Source of the DNA: Rhina ancylostomus
Lineage: Eukaryota
Assembly: GCA_030265395.1 (NCBI GenBank)
Contig: JARFYF010000007.1
Location: 47,884,346-47,948,345, forward strand
Reading direction: 5' to 3'
Length of the DNA stretch: 64,000 bases
The notes below the pieces were generated by a model. The model saw only the letters and a list, made by a program, of their open reading frames with translations, did not search any database and was not told the origin of the DNA. Of this stretch, positions 11,740 through 25,559 are shown piece after piece. Position numbers and translations under genes: made by a program. Position 1 is the first letter of the stretch; each line of letters begins with the position of its first letter.

Positions 11740-12665
11740 AATAGACTCCACCAGTTGGAATCATGCCTTGCACATTGTTATGATTGCAGGTCATCCTAAT
11801 ACCATGTCATCCCTGCAGAGTTCCTCAGAGCAGTGCCCTTGGCCCAGTCATCTTCTGTTGCTTCATCAATGACTTCCATCATGACATCAGAATGAGATGT
11901 TCACTCGTGCCTGCACAATGTTCAATTCCATCTGTAACTCCTCAGACAAAATCAGCCATACCTGCGTATAGCAAGATCTACACAATATTAAAGCAGGAGC
12001 TGAAAAGAGGTGAACAACACTCGTGCTGTACCAGGAAAAGACCATCTCTGAGACTAGAGAGTCTAACCTCCATGTACTCTTGCATTCAATGGTGTTACCA
12101 TTACTGAGTGTCCCATCGTCAATATCCCAGGGGAATCACCTCTGACCAGAAACTCAACTTGCGTAGCCAAATAAACCCTGTAGCTATAAGAGTAGGTAAG
12201 AGACTGCGAACCTCACAGTAACTCATCTCTTGACAATCCAAAGTCTTTTTAAACACATCTACATNNNNNAGACTGCAATGAAATACTCTACACGTCTGAT
12301 GACTGCAGTGCCAAGATCACTTATGATGCTCAATACTATCCAGATTAAGGCAGCCTGCTTCATTGGCACTAATCCACTACCCTAAACAACTACTGGTGCA
12401 CCATGGCTGCAGTGTGTGCCATCTACAAAATGACCTGCAGTTATTCACCAGGCTACCATCATCTGCTGCGAATCACAAACCATCCTGACCAAGAAATAAA
12501 CTACCATTCCTTCATTGTCACTGGGTCTACAACCTGCAACTGCTTTCCCCACAATACTGTGGAAGTATTTTTACCAGAAGAACTGCAGTGATTGAAGAAG
12601 GTAGCTCACTACCAATGTCTCAAAGCTGACTTTGCCAGCAATGCCTACATTCCCTAAATAAATCT
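11740..12665 (+). mobile_element. Degenerate CR1-group LINE (RT C-terminal half + 3' end)
   Basis: RVPQSSALGPVIFCCFINDF resembles the RT motif GVPQGSVLGPxLFxxFINDL. The 3' end reads ttgccagcaatgcctacattccctaaataaat. Confidence 0.8.
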
Positions 12666-13639
12666 TTACAGTGAGCTATTAGAGCCAGGGAGCAACCCAA
12701 TGGAAGAAATTGTAGAACCTTTTCTCATTGTTTATTTCATCATTATAAAGGTACAGTTTCTGAATAGGAGCCACTTGCAACCTACCTTTTTGACAGGAAA
12801 TTAAAATAGAACTTGAAATGTCATTGCTATATTCAATTCTTCTCAAAATCATAGATTGATATAAACTCAAAATGTATTCTTCAAAGTAATGATTTTTGTA
12901 CAGCCTGGCCAATTAGAGTAGTACTTCACAAAAAAAATCCTTCACTACAGCCCTTTTACTTGCAAATTCCCAAGTAAAAAGAATACTAATTGATATAGAG
13001 CATCTATTTTTAAACAGGAAATATCTTCACTCCTTTATTCAAGGAGAAAAAGGAAATAGTTCTTGGTCAATGCTAGATTAGTGATATTGGTACTAACACT
13101 CCTAGAACTCTGTCTCCATTGTCCTGACATCTATCAGCTTGATCTGCCAATATCCTAATAGTTTTGTTCAATAATTGTTTATTCCACAAAAACAAGAGGC
13201 AATTTCACCCTTGTTTTACGCCTCTGACAAATTTAAATGATTACCCACCTGTATTTTTATCCATATTACTTTGGAAATTTTATGCGTTTCATGTACTATT
13301 GAGATTCTCTTTTTGAAAGAAAAACACCCACATCTGTCCAGCTGCCATAAGATTTTATCATTCTGTAGTCGCTTCAGCACGTAACCACTGTGACAGCAGC
13401 ATCTGTGCTTTTATCCTGATTCTTATAAACACATCTAAATGAATTATCTCTGAAAGTTTATGTGCCCAGCACCTTAACAAGAACATTACAAATTACTGAA
13501 CTAGTTTAAAAAAGAAACATCATTCTTCATGCCATATGCAGTTTGTAAATCGGGATACTGTAAACTGAAGGGAAGGTGAGATAGAAGGCTTTTTTTTAAG
13601 AATACCATCTTCTTTGAAAGGTTTGGCCCCATCATTGGC

Positions 13640-14050
13640 CACAGCCTCAGCAATGGCTGTCCCAGTACCCAGCTTCTCTTCCATCAAGGTTGGGACATGC
13701 TTAATGCCTATTCTCCTGCCCTGTAAACCTGTGTGACAGTAAGTATTGTCCATATGTGTGGGAGATTTGGGTGTCCTGGCTGAATAGCAACTTTGCAAGC
13801 TTTGAGTTTATGGCTTCCAGTGGCATTAAATGTGCAATGATAAGGTGGTAATGCTCCTGAATGAAGAAAAACTTGGTAGTTAGTAAGGGAGTTGTCAGAA
13901 ACTGAAGTGCACCTGAGGCTACAGGTGCACCTGGCAGGATATAGAATTTGATGATACATTTACCGATGTTGACTACTCATGCTTGGTCATTGAACTTCTC
14001 ATGACATTACATCCAGATCCTTAGGGCTGATCCTCAGGGCTACCTGCTCC
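13640..14050 (-). mobile_element. Possible PIF/Harbinger transposase fossil (N-terminal HTH region)
   Basis: ORF 13708-13959(-) ..ALPPYHCTFNATGSH...VTQVYRAGE, then ..TAIAE.., resembles HARBI1-type ALPVxxKxxxALNFYATGSFQ...VTDALFxRAGQ...AAIAG. Highly decayed. Confidence 0.45.
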
Positions 14051-14089
14051 TGGTGCTGTCTGATCTTATCTCTGGAGGGCCTTCTCCAT

Positions 14090-14410
14090 CCCTTATGGAT
14101 CTAAGGCATCTTTCATACTTGACACCTTCACCAAGGCATTTTTTCCAATATAGTGTATTGCATTCAGAGTTCACAATGTGGCCTCCTCTATGCTGGAAAA
14201 AACCAAACACAGCTTGGTTGATCGCATTTTGGTGCACCTGTGTTCAGTCTGCAGGAGTAACCCTGAAATTATACAGTTGCCTGTTATATGAGTAATCACA
14301 CTCCCACTCTATCCAATCCGTGGCCTCCTGACATTTGGCTCTATTCAAAAGCTGTTTTTCATTTGTCTCTCTTAGGAACTGCTTTATCTATAGAAAGTTG
14401 CTGAACTTGC
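14090..14410 (+). mobile_element. Penelope GIY-YIG endonuclease fragment
   Basis: atagtgtattgcattcagagttcacaatgtggcctcctctatgctgga = IVYCIQSSQCGLLYAG (the VYCIxCxxCGLLYIG GIY-YIG motif). Confidence 0.7.
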
Positions 14411-14504
14411 AACATGATAACAGACAGCCAGCAAAAGAAAATCTTTTGCTATTTATATTAACTTCTCTTGCCCTGCACTGCACACAATAGGCAGTGCAGT
14501 GAAA

Positions 14505-15616
14505 ACGTGCAGATGGTTAGTCTAGAAGGTTAGATCGCATGGGATCCAGGGGGAGGTAGCAGATTGGATTCATAATTGTCTCACTGGTAGGAAGTGGAAG
14601 GTGATGGTTAAGGGTTGTTTCATGGTCTTGAGGTCTGTGTCTAGTGGTGTGTCACGGGTCGGTGCTAGGACTTTTGTTGTTTTTAATTGATAAACACAAT
14701 TTGGATGTGAATATATAAGGCATGGTTAGTCAGCCTGCAGATGATACTAAAATAGATGCTGTTGCAGATAATGTGAATGGTTATGGAAAATTATAGGAGG
14801 ATCTTGATCAGCCAGAAATGTGGACTGAGGATTGACAAGTGGCTTTCAATCCAGATAAATGTGAGGTATTGCATTTTGGGAGATAAAACCAAGGTAGGAC
14901 TTGTACAGTGAATGGTAGGGCCCTAGGGAGAGTTGTGGAACAGAAGGACCTCAGATTGCAAGTGCATACTTCACTGAAATTGGTGTCACGGGTAGATAGG
15001 GTGGTGAAGAAGTGTTTGGTATGCTGCCCTTCATCAGTCAGGGCATTAAGTAAAAGAGTCAGGAAGTCATGTTGCAGTTAGGTAAGATGTTGGTGAGCTC
15101 ACACTTAGGAGTATATAGGAAAGATGTTATTAAACTAAAAAGAGTGTAGAAAAGATTTACCAGGATGTTGCTTGGACTTGAGAGCCTGAGTTACACGGAG
15201 AGGTTGTGTAGGCTAGGAATATATTCCCTGGAGCACAGGAGATTGGAGTGACCTGACAGAGGTATACCAGATCATGAGGGGCATAGACAAGGTGAAAGCA
15301 CATAGTCTTTTTCCCCGGAGGGGCTGCTAAAAACAATAGGGCATAGGTTTATGATCAGAGGTGAGTGACTTAAAAAGGACAACAGGGGCAGCTTCTTCAC
15401 GCAAAAGGTGGTGCATATTTGGAATTTGCTGCCAGAAGTAGTGGTTGAGGCAGGCACATTAGCAACATTTAAAAGCCATCTAGATAAGTACATGGATAGG
15501 AGAAGTTTAGAGGGCTGTGGGCCAAACACAGGCAGATGGGATCAGCTCACTGGGCCACACAGTCAGCTTGGACAAGTTGGGCTGAAGGGCCTATTTCCAT
15601 GCTGTATGACTCTATA
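14505..15616 (+). mobile_element. 5'-truncated CR1 LINE (RT C-terminal half + 3'UTR)
   Basis: gcagatgatactaaa (ADDTK), DKCEVLHFG, and VHIWNLLPEVVVEAGTLATFKSHLDKYMDR. Tail gggctgaagggcctatttccatgctgtatgactcta. Confidence 0.92.
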
Positions 15617-16407
15617 GTTATCATGACTTACAAACACAAAAGAAGCTATGCTTATTATAATAGATTGAGAATTTCCCTTTTAAAATTGGCATCTTCAGCA
15701 TTACAAATCAAGATAATTTTACAAAACTAGCATAAAATATTCATAATTACTTGTCTTGGGAAATTATAGGAACTGGTATTTTTGCTGAGAACAAAGTTTT
15801 AATACAGGAATAGAACTACCAATTTATGACAAACTGCTCAAAGGGGCACCAGCAGCAAAAAAATGAGATGTATATAAAAATTTACATTATTAAAATTAAT
15901 TTCTTTCCTTTTTGCCATCTCCTTTCTTCATTCTTACCATCTGTCTCATCATTTGTGTTGTTTTTGATTTTTTTTCCAAATTGTCTTTGATTATCTACTG
16001 ATTCCTTCTGGTTTTTTTTACATATTTTCCACTTTTGATGATGCCTCTTTTTTTTACTTCAGAGTCATTCTGATTTCAAATGGGAGCTTTGTCTCTCTTG
16101 GAGCTGCACCTGACAATTCTGAGAATGGACCAGAGGTTGCACCTCCAATAATAGTCCACTCTGAAACATCCATGGCTGGGATCAGAAAAGTACGAAGAGA
16201 GTGAGTGCAAAGTAAAAATTTGTTCTCTGAAATTGAGTAGAACGCAAGTACAGAATCCTAACTGTTTAGGCTCATAAAGATGAAACTGATCAAAACAGTC
16301 CAATATTTATGGTGTATTTCACTGTATCTCAATGCAATTCTTCATTAAATTGCTGAAGGCATAATATAAGTTTGAAGTGAAATTACTTCGCTGTGTATTA
16401 TATGAAA

Positions 16408-17040
16408 TCAAGGTCAAGTTTATTGTCATATGCACAAGTACATGTATGCACAGGTGCAAATGAATAACTTACTTGCAGCAGCATCACAGGCACATAGCAT
16501 CAGGTACACAACATTCACAAGAAAAACATTAAGTTAAACAAATTATACAAGAAAGAACACAATTAGAATGAAAGAAACAAAGTCCATTGTAGTGCAAAGT
16601 GATCATTGTTGCTACACTGAGTAGTGATTAGATGGTGCAGGTTGATTCAAGAACCAAATAGTTGAAGGGAAGTAGCTGTTCTTGAACCCGGTGGTGAGGG
16701 ACTTCAGGCTTCTGTACCTCCTGCCCGATGGTAGTTGTGAGAAGATGGCATGGCCTGGATGGTGGGGATCTTTGATGATACATGTTGCCTTCTTGAGGCA
16801 GCGCCTCATGTAGATACTACCTATGGTGGGGAGGGACGTGCCAGTGATGTATTTGGCTGAGCCCACTACTCTCTGAAGCTTCTTGTGTTTCTGCGCATTA
16901 ATTGCTGTATCAGTCCATGATGTAACCAGTTAGGATACTTTCTACAGTACATCTGTAGAAGTTTGTTGGAGTGTTCAGTGACATGCTGAACCTCCTTAAT
17001 CTGCTAAGAAAATAAAGACACTAGCACGCCTTCCTTGTGA
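16408..17040 (-). mobile_element. Rex1/Babar LINE 3' end
   Basis: ORF 16612-16866(-) RRCLKKATCIIKDPHHPGHAIFSQLPSGRRYRSLKSLTTGFKNSYFPSTIWFLN. Tail gacaataaacttgaccttga. Confidence 0.9.
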
Positions 17041-19099
17041 GGGTTGGAAATCAACATGACCACACAGCATATGACTTTATTTTCTTTCCTCCAAGGATGT
17101 GACAGAGAATATTTTGAGAGATAGTGAAGTCTGTGTTTATGTCCCAAGTCTTTAAGCTTGGTTTTATTTTATAGTTAGATTGGAGACATTTGTCATGCTT
17201 CATGTGCTACTCTATGCACAAGGGACTTATGCTGCATACAAATATTACTGTACAGGATAAGAAACTGTTCTCCAGTCCATCTGTCTCAACAAAATGAGTA
17301 ATTCGCAGTCGGCCATGCCTACAAACAACTGACTTACCATGGTCTTATATTTTTCCACTTTATTTGCCTACATTGCTTTCTGTATTCATGGCCCTCCTAA
17401 TAATCTGACTAAACTGTCCATCTCTATTTTAGGATCAAGTCCTATGTTTATTGATGTTTCTACTAATTCGCTTCTATTATTGGATACAATTTATCTATTT
17501 ACTCAAGAATCTTCCATTCTGGCTTCTTGTCAGATGCAATGTTAACTTAATTTTATTTTTCAGTCCTTGTGCCTGCTTTGCCTGAAGATGACTATTCTGT
17601 AGAACTGCAGTTTCAAGGTCATTGCCAACTATGAACACATACCTCTAGAGACGAAGGTATTGACAGGCTACTTAGCAAGGGTCATTTATCAGAAACCCCC
17701 AAGCCCACAAAATTTAATGCTGGGAATACTAAGGACAATTGTAGCTACCACACCAGCTGAGATCAGCTAAATCATCCAAGGCAAGAAACTGAACATCTTC
17801 CATAGATGTAGCATTCAATACTAACATGCTATTTTTTAATCATTATTTACACCTTTGTTGCTCTATTCAGCTGGTCCACAAATGGGATGATGCCTTTGTT
17901 TAAAAAGTTGCTCATTATGTACACTCTGTTTTTGTTTCCTCTCATTATTACTTGATCATCTTCATTAATGTGCAGATAATTGGTATTTAAATATTCTCTA
18001 TCACTACCTTTACAGGAGGAAAGGGACCTGAAATTTTTATAAAGTTGACATCACGGATAAAATGACAGGATGATACTTATCAAACGGATTTGTTTGGAAG
18101 GAAGTAGTTTGTCACTTTTGACATTAGGTCATCCCTCTGGTGACTCAACACCAAAAGCAAAGCACATGCTGAAAATATTAATTACTATTTATTGCCATGA
18201 CTGATTAATACAGTTAATTTACAGAAAAAAATTATTGCATTTATTAATTTTCTCTGCTGCTCAGAGTAAATAGCAGCATTGGTGTAAAAAATTAAATGAA
18301 GGTTTGTACAAGTTAGGTGTGTGAAGTAATGATATAATAAATAATTGACATGAGTTTTAATCAAAAGAAAATACTTCTACGATAAAAGAATCAAGAGAAG
18401 CTATTGGGGAGATGTCCCTTCTTGTCTCCATGCTCCTGCAATGAGTTACTCCGAGATATCATCAAGGAGTGGTGGCAGATTAGCTAAATGCACCACACTT
18501 AATCTGGGTATAACTGATCGATTTTAATGGTATGTACTTTTACTGTTGTATCCTTGAAGTTACAATAAAGTCTAGGAGGGGTAATTTGGAGAAAACAATG
18601 CAGGGAAAAATCAGTACTGGTAGAAAATGGGAACATTATTGTTAGGGCTGTTTAACTATGCTCTGCTATTTTCTCCTTTTCTGAATCTGACAATTTTAGG
18701 TGAGGATGCAGGAAAAATCTAATTTGTCATCTCACTGCAATAATACAGGCAACAAGGAGAATAAATCTTTCCATGTTGCAAGTCTGTTCCAGCCTCTTGC
18801 ATATTCAAGGACACCAACAGAATGACAAAAGGTCCTTATCTATTTAATGAAAATGCATGACAATGTTTTAAAGACAATGTGATGAGCTCAAGTGCAATTA
18901 CAGAACATCTGCTGATATATGGGCTTAAAGTGTAACTTTCTGACATGTGGAAGTGGTGGGGTGGGGAATGATGGGAGGACACTGGTAGTGGATGGGAAAT
19001 CCATATATTTCTGCAGCATATCTATCAGTGATTTTTTAAACACAATCCTGCATAAATGTGGTCTTTCATTGACCAGTAAGGAAAATAAGCTTGTTCAAT

Positions 19100-19900
19100 T
19101 CATCTCCACCATTTAAAGAGACTTGGCCTGATGGATGTTGGCTATTCTCTGCATATAAGAGGAAGATGCCTGCCACTAAGGTCAAGGCTAGAGGCAGGAG
19201 AATGGTGCCTCACATTTAATAATCTCATGTCTCTCACACTTGATCATCCTCATAGAAAAAGTGCTCTATCCACCCATACAGCACAGCCCATTACTGTCAC
19301 CTATGGGTTTATTGTTTTCCTTCTTGCAGGGAAGACAGCAGAGGTGGCAAGGGGAAGTTACAGAGCAAAGGGAGACACTGGTGTGTAGTGTTGTATGCCT
19401 GGCCATCACAGTTAGGCTGGTTACAGAATTCAGTATCATCTACCTTCTCTGCATTTGGCATTCAGACATCACAACTATGCAAGAGCACATAGTGGAGACA
19501 GGGCCAGTAGAGTAAGACTGTGCTGGAGGACTGGATGCTGCACCGTGGGGGTGGGGGTTGGGGTAGGGTGAGTGTCGATGAGCAGCATACCTCTGAAGCA
19601 GGCTCACATTGAAAAATGTGTAAAGCCCTGGCACATGGTTGCAGAGAAGCTGGTGGAGTTCATTTCAAGCATGATTGGTGTGATGTTACAGGGCTTTGGC
19701 ATGATGCATGGAGCAACAAACCTGGCATCACATGAGTACATGCAGGCCCTTGGCAAGGAGTTAAACATAATGGATGTCACATGAAAAGAATACTTTATAC
19801 TTGAAATGAACTCCAGGATGGCTGTGATGCCTGCCAGGGCATTGCACATGCTGATGGTGTTCTTTTTGGATTTTGTTATTACTGGGGAAGCTCTTCAAGT
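19100..19900 (+). mobile_element. Possible Harbinger Myb/SANT-like second ORF fossil
   Basis: Frameshifted LFSAYKRKMPATKVKA / WCLTFNNL, then a pyrimidine tract + cag (ttttccttcttgcag, ~19315-19329) followed by GKTAEVARGSYRAKGDTG. This resembles Myb/SANT-like ..RKRFNDL..|EKxAHNxRERxxTGGG. Confidence 0.4.
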
Positions 19901-20777
19901 CTGCTGTACAGTGAAGNNNNNTCTGGCAATCCCATGCTGGCAGCATGTGTGTTCTGATTCTGAGCCATACAAAACTGCTGCTGCAGAAGGATGGACACAA
20001 GGCAGAACGATAAACTTTTCCAGAGCCCAAAGCTGTACCTGCAGTTTTTGGAAAAGCAACACAAAGAGACTCTGATTCTGCACAAACCAAGTGTTGAAGT
20101 TTTGTCACTAGCTGTAACCCATTGTTACAACATACATAAACTTTCCCTGTTCTATCCAACTCGCAACTGGAGACAACCATATAGAGGATCTGCATGACCA
20201 AACACTAAAGTACAATCTTCTGAACTCACCACAATATTCAACCCAAGTTCTTCTGACTGTTGGGTTTCCTAGCAATAGTGGAATGAGCAAAGAGGAAGCT
20301 GAGAGGCTGTTATCTTGAGAAAGACCATTGGTGCTGGTTTAATTTTGTCACAAAACTTCCTTGGGTTAATAGCATATCACATTCATTAAATTTTGGTGTT
20401 TGGGTATTTACTGAGCCAGAAGTCATCTGATGGAAATAGGAGTTTCCTGCCAGGACTGACTTGGTTTATCAGTAGTTTTGCATACCTTGATGCAGTTCCC
20501 TTCTTCTCTGAAGTTGTTCTGACATTGAGTGATGAAAAGAATGCACTGATACTTCAAGAGGTACAGATACCATGGGAGCACTGAAGGATTTCTCAACCTC
20601 TCAAATGGGAAAATTCGCTAAATGGAGCAAATCACAATGATAGTTGGTGATTTGAGGTATGACTCTGGTAAAGTTTTAGACCTCTCAGCGATCACACATT
20701 ACATATGTGACAAAATAAAATCAACCCTATAATGGAACTTCGTTGCTGCTAGCTGTCTGTAAAGTGACGCCTCTCCG

Positions 20778-21086
20778 GCACCACCTCAGATCAGGTTCAA
20801 GAATAACTACTTCCCTTCAATCATTCGGTTCTTGAACCAACCGGAAAAACCCTAATCACTACAGTTTAGCAACACTACGACCAAACTGATCACTTTGCAC
20901 TAAAATGGACTTTGTTTTATTTTGTTCTAAAGATAGTGTATAATTTCTGTTTAATTTATGTTTTTCTTGTAACTGCTGCTTATGTGCTATGTGGCTCTGA
21001 TGCTGCTGAAAGTAAGTTTTTCATTGTACCTGTGCATAAATGTAATTGAGCATATGATGATAAACTCGATTTTGACTTTGACTTTC
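20778..21086 (+). mobile_element. Rex1/Babar LINE 3' tail (same family as 16408-17040, inverted)
   Basis: caggttcaagaataactacttcccttcaa..ggttcttgaaccaacc..cactttgcactaaaatggactttgttt..gataaactcgattttgactttgac. Confidence 0.85.
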
Positions 21087-21104
21087 TTACTGAGACTTAT
21101 AACT

Positions 21105-21475
21105 GGACATGTCATATTTTCATTTCCCCTTCCCATTCCCACACTGACCTGTTCATCTAGTGCATTCCCCATTGTCAAGGTGAGGCCCAATGCAAACTAG
21201 AGGAAAAGCACTTCATATTCTGCCTGGGTGGTCTACAACCCAATGGCATGGACATTGAGTTTTCCAATTTCAGATAAACCCTCCAGTGGATTATTTCCCC
21301 CTTCCCTCTATCCCCCAACCCACTACCCCCCCACCCCACCCTCACCTTCCAATTCTACTCCAATCCTCTGATTTTTGTCCCCTTTCTAAGGTTTTTACCT
21401 GAAACGTTGACTACTTCTGTCCTCTAACAGATGCTGCTCAACCTGCTGAGTTCTTCCAGCAGATTGTTTGTTGAA
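21105..21475 (+). mobile_element. Penelope 3' fragment + pseudo-LTR
   Basis: EAQCKLEEKHFIFCLGGLQPNGMDIEFSNFR*, followed by cctgaaacgttgac..agatgctgctcaacctgctgagttcttccagca. Confidence 0.8.
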
Positions 21476-24400
21476 CTGGACATGTTGCATATCTAATGAA
21501 AAAAACCTATTAAGGAATTAAGTTGCCTAGTGGTCTTTTTACATGAATTAAATTCCTTATTTTTGGGGCAAGTTATTTTACACATTGTTTTAAAAAATGG
21601 AATTTTTCCATTCCAGCCACTCAGTGTCAGTATCAAGCTCCCTCATTTGCCTTCCAGTCTGATGCAAATCAGAGATCAGATTTCATCCCAGAAAAGAGAA
21701 CTTGTTTGTATGAAAATTGTGAATGTAAATACAAAGGAGAGTTATTCTGCTGCAAATAATTTTAAAATAAACATTGCCTTTATGAATCTGAACTTCACAG
21801 CAGCATTCCTCTTCCACTTGGACAACTTTTTCCTTTATGCAAAGAGCCATCCTTATGGGGCCTCTTAGATTGCCAATTAGTGCTGATTAATGGGGAGTAC
21901 ATCCCTGGAATTAACACCTACTGTGTAATTGCCTGAAAAAAAATCTGACTAGGTTGCATAGAGGGTTTTATAGTCTCTGAAGAGCTTTTATCCCAACCTC
22001 TTACACTGTCTCTAAATTGTCTGACATCTAGTATTGGAGGAGAAGAAATTTTCTCCATCTAAATATTTGGGAGATTATAGCAGTTGTCTTTGGTCACTGC
22101 TACAAAGTCAGTTTGCCATCACACCTTTCCCTAAGATAAAATCAATTGTAAATTCTATATTTTTTTGGTTATTTGGTTGATCCTAACTAGAACAACAAAT
22201 CACATTTCTGCACTATTGTTCAGATATCTTGTTCCATCTTCGAGCAAGCTATATAAACAGGTACGAGGGCAAATGAATTTACATCGTTAAAGGTAGATTT
22301 TAAGTAATGACCTAGAGGAAAGACATGTGGCAAGGGATCTTTGAGACTTTTTACTATGATAAAGGTGCTTTGTATATACAGTACTGTTTACATCTTCAAC
22401 GACAAGATTCAAACTCAGAATTTATACACAGTGAATGTGATCTTCAGAATAACTGGATCAACTCGTCCTATTTCACCTTCTCAATATTTTCCAACCTTTC
22501 TTTTGTGTTTGTTTTCCTTTGTATCCTGCTTTTGAAAGCTGAAATTCTGGGATCTGTTCCGCAGATTGTTCTAGCCTTTTGAACATTGTCCAAGTGATCT
22601 ATCAATATCCATGTGGAGAATCAATTTGTTAAACTTTAAGATTTAGATCCTTTGTTAATTCTGATGGTGGGTTGCACCCAAAATGTTGACTTACGTGTTG
22701 TTTTCACAATACATCTGAAAATGCATTTACTTCTTTTTGTTTTAGAGTTGCAGTGTTTTGCTTTGAAGTCACTATTCTTTAAATGAGAACCATACTGATG
22801 AATATGACAGGTTGTAATTGGGATGCTTATAAATTTGGTAATTTGGTTTCCATTTTAGCCAAGCCTTATCTTGACCATTGATCCATTCTCATCTTCGTTA
22901 GGAGCAGGAGGCTGGCTGACTTATGGGTATGCCAGGTTTCAGGCTTGGGAAGCACTGAATCTACATCACTCTATATGATGTTATGAAACATTTACCAACA
23001 GAGAAAAGCCTCAAGGATTCCTTTCCTTAGCATGGTTCTTAAAGAATCGGAATGTGATATTCCCTTCCCATTTTGGATTGAATTGGACTTGAAATTATTA
23101 AGCACAGTAACCTGTGTGGAGAACAGCAGCCCTTCAAATCTGGGACTCTGGCCTTCAAACACTGTACCGCTGTGAGTGGGTGTTGAAAACACTAATTTTT
23201 CTAATTACATTATTACTGAAACATTAGTATCTCAGAATCTCTAAACTATCCTAATCTTGCACAAATAATTAGCAATTAAGATAAGACGTTTAAAAATAAA
23301 TAATAATTTTTATCAGGATCAATCTAGTGAACGACAACACTATTGAATTTTTTAATTTGTTTTGAGGAGGAATGGAGCTTTAACTGGGCAAGGGTGTAAA
23401 TTGTCCAGTTCACAGAAATCCTGATTAAGCAGAACATTCCCCAGGGGACCAGTTATGCATTTATTGACAATGCAGCAACACCACTCACTATACTGTAATT
23501 AATATGGATTATGCTGTTTAGTACATGAATGTTTAAAGAAATGCCAATGATAGTTTGGAAAAAAAGGTTGGAATATATTAAAAGGCTATTTGAACAATGT
23601 CTTTGAAATGCAGCCAAGATGAGGGTGAAGAGAATATTCTCTTTGTAAATCTACATGCTATTGCTGAAAGGCAGCTATATTACTTAACTATTCCATCAAT
23701 AACAGTCTGCATCCAAACTCATTAAATGTGGGCTCAGAGCAATATCTTGCAGAGACCAAAGATCATCCTTCACAATCTCATAGCAACAGACACATAAACT
23801 GTGGCTCATTACCAGCTTGCTACAATAATCAGGTCTTAAACAGGAACAAAGGTTGACAGTGATTAATAATTAAACTCTCTTAGTTCTTAAGTCTTTCTGC
23901 ACATGTCCAAGCAACTCACTGGAAACCAACAAGTCAGCCTCACTTCCTTTTTCAAAGATGGATCCTGCTATGCAGAAATAGCTTTTACCTATTTTGTTTT
24001 ATTTACCCTTGGAAAAAAGCAGTAAAAACAGGTTTCAGTTGGTCATTTCNNNNNNNNNNTGATGTGAATAATACATCATGGTGTCTGAGATTGGAAAAAA
24101 TTCCCAATGCTGTACATTAATATCAAACTTAAAAGTTGGAGACTTTAGCTATTTTATATTGCTCTTGCTTCATTTCAAATTCCTGGAACCAGGGCTCCCA
24201 GAATCCAAACCAAAAGGATATAAAAGCAACTTGAGAGTGAACAAAATCTGCTTTGTCCACAACAGATGATTTTACTTTACAACTAGGCTCCTTTTCAAGG
24301 CAATCAACTGACCACCAATCAGTTTTACACTCAACTTCTTTCTGATGTCCCTTTCGCAGAACTACTTCACCCAGAAATGCTTCTGGAATGTTCAAGTGCT

Positions 24401-24589
24401 GCTAGTGCTACAGTATGCAGATTAGTCTCACTTCACTGCAGAGCGGACTCTACATCTTTCACTCCTGGCTGCGAGAACTTGTCCATTTATTCTGATTGCT
24501 GAGCCTACTTCATCCTGTGGAGGAATAATATTTACCTGCTTGCATCATAATACAACATAACTGGACAAGGTTCGAAGAAAAAACGGTGG

Positions 24590-25330
24590 ATATTAAGGGA
24601 AGTGTTAAAGGGGATGAGACAGAAAGATGTAGTAAGAGGCTTACAGATATGGGGTTGAACATTAGGCCACGTAGAATGTGTTGTATGCAAGAGTGTGGAA
24701 TTGGAAAATGAAGAGAGTTTAGGGGGAAGATTGTAGAAAGCTGCAGAGAATGGGAGGGGTAAGGCTATTGGATGATTTGAAAAAGAATTTTTATTTCAAA
24801 GTCTTGAGGGACCAAGAGCCAATGTCAGCTGGCAGTGGCAAGCGTAATAAATAAGGAGATCTTGTTGACAAGAATTTTAAAAGAGCTGAAATTTATAGAG
24901 GATTAAGAAATGAGAGTTTGCTGGAAAGTACTGAAATAGTAGATTCTGGGGGAAACATGGGAATGGGTGATGTTTTATCAATGGAGTGTGATTGCACTGG
25001 TGATTATAATCAAGGAAGACATAAGGTAACAGGTTCAGTTAAGGGCCAAACAACATGTGAATTTTGGACAGTGGCTTGGCTTGAGACAACAGCTGGGAGG
25101 GCCTTCAGTTAGTGGCAAGGATTACAGTAATTGCTGTCAGACCTGGTTTGGACAATGGGAGACGGTGATGCTGAATCAGTACTGGCTGCTGAATGGGTAT
25201 TTAAACAACACGGAGTTTGTGCAAGGGTGGGGAGGCAAGAAAAGGATGAAAGGGGCAGAATTGCAAGTAACAGTTGAAGCTAAACCCCATGTCTATTGAT
25301 AATATCACTGAGGGGCATCATGTAGAGGAA
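24590..25330 (-). mobile_element. Old L2-type LINE fragments
   Basis: Purine-rich antisense L2-like text (gagggaccaagagccaatgtcagctggcag..., ctgaggggcatcatgtagagg). Confidence 0.5.
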
Positions 25331-25559
25331 AACAAAACAGCTGAACTTCAGCTTTGGAGGTACCTTTACACTCCTCCAGTAATAGTGCTGCCTCTTTTAC
25401 ATCGCCCCATCAGAATGCATGTCATTGATAATGCTTAAATAGACATAAAGTCAGGTGTTGTCTGTAGTGAAAGTGCACAGCAACATCAATAGCGTCATGG
25501 CACTGGATGCAAGGCCCCACCTAAACTGCATCAGCAAAACAATTGGGACCTAATGCCTG

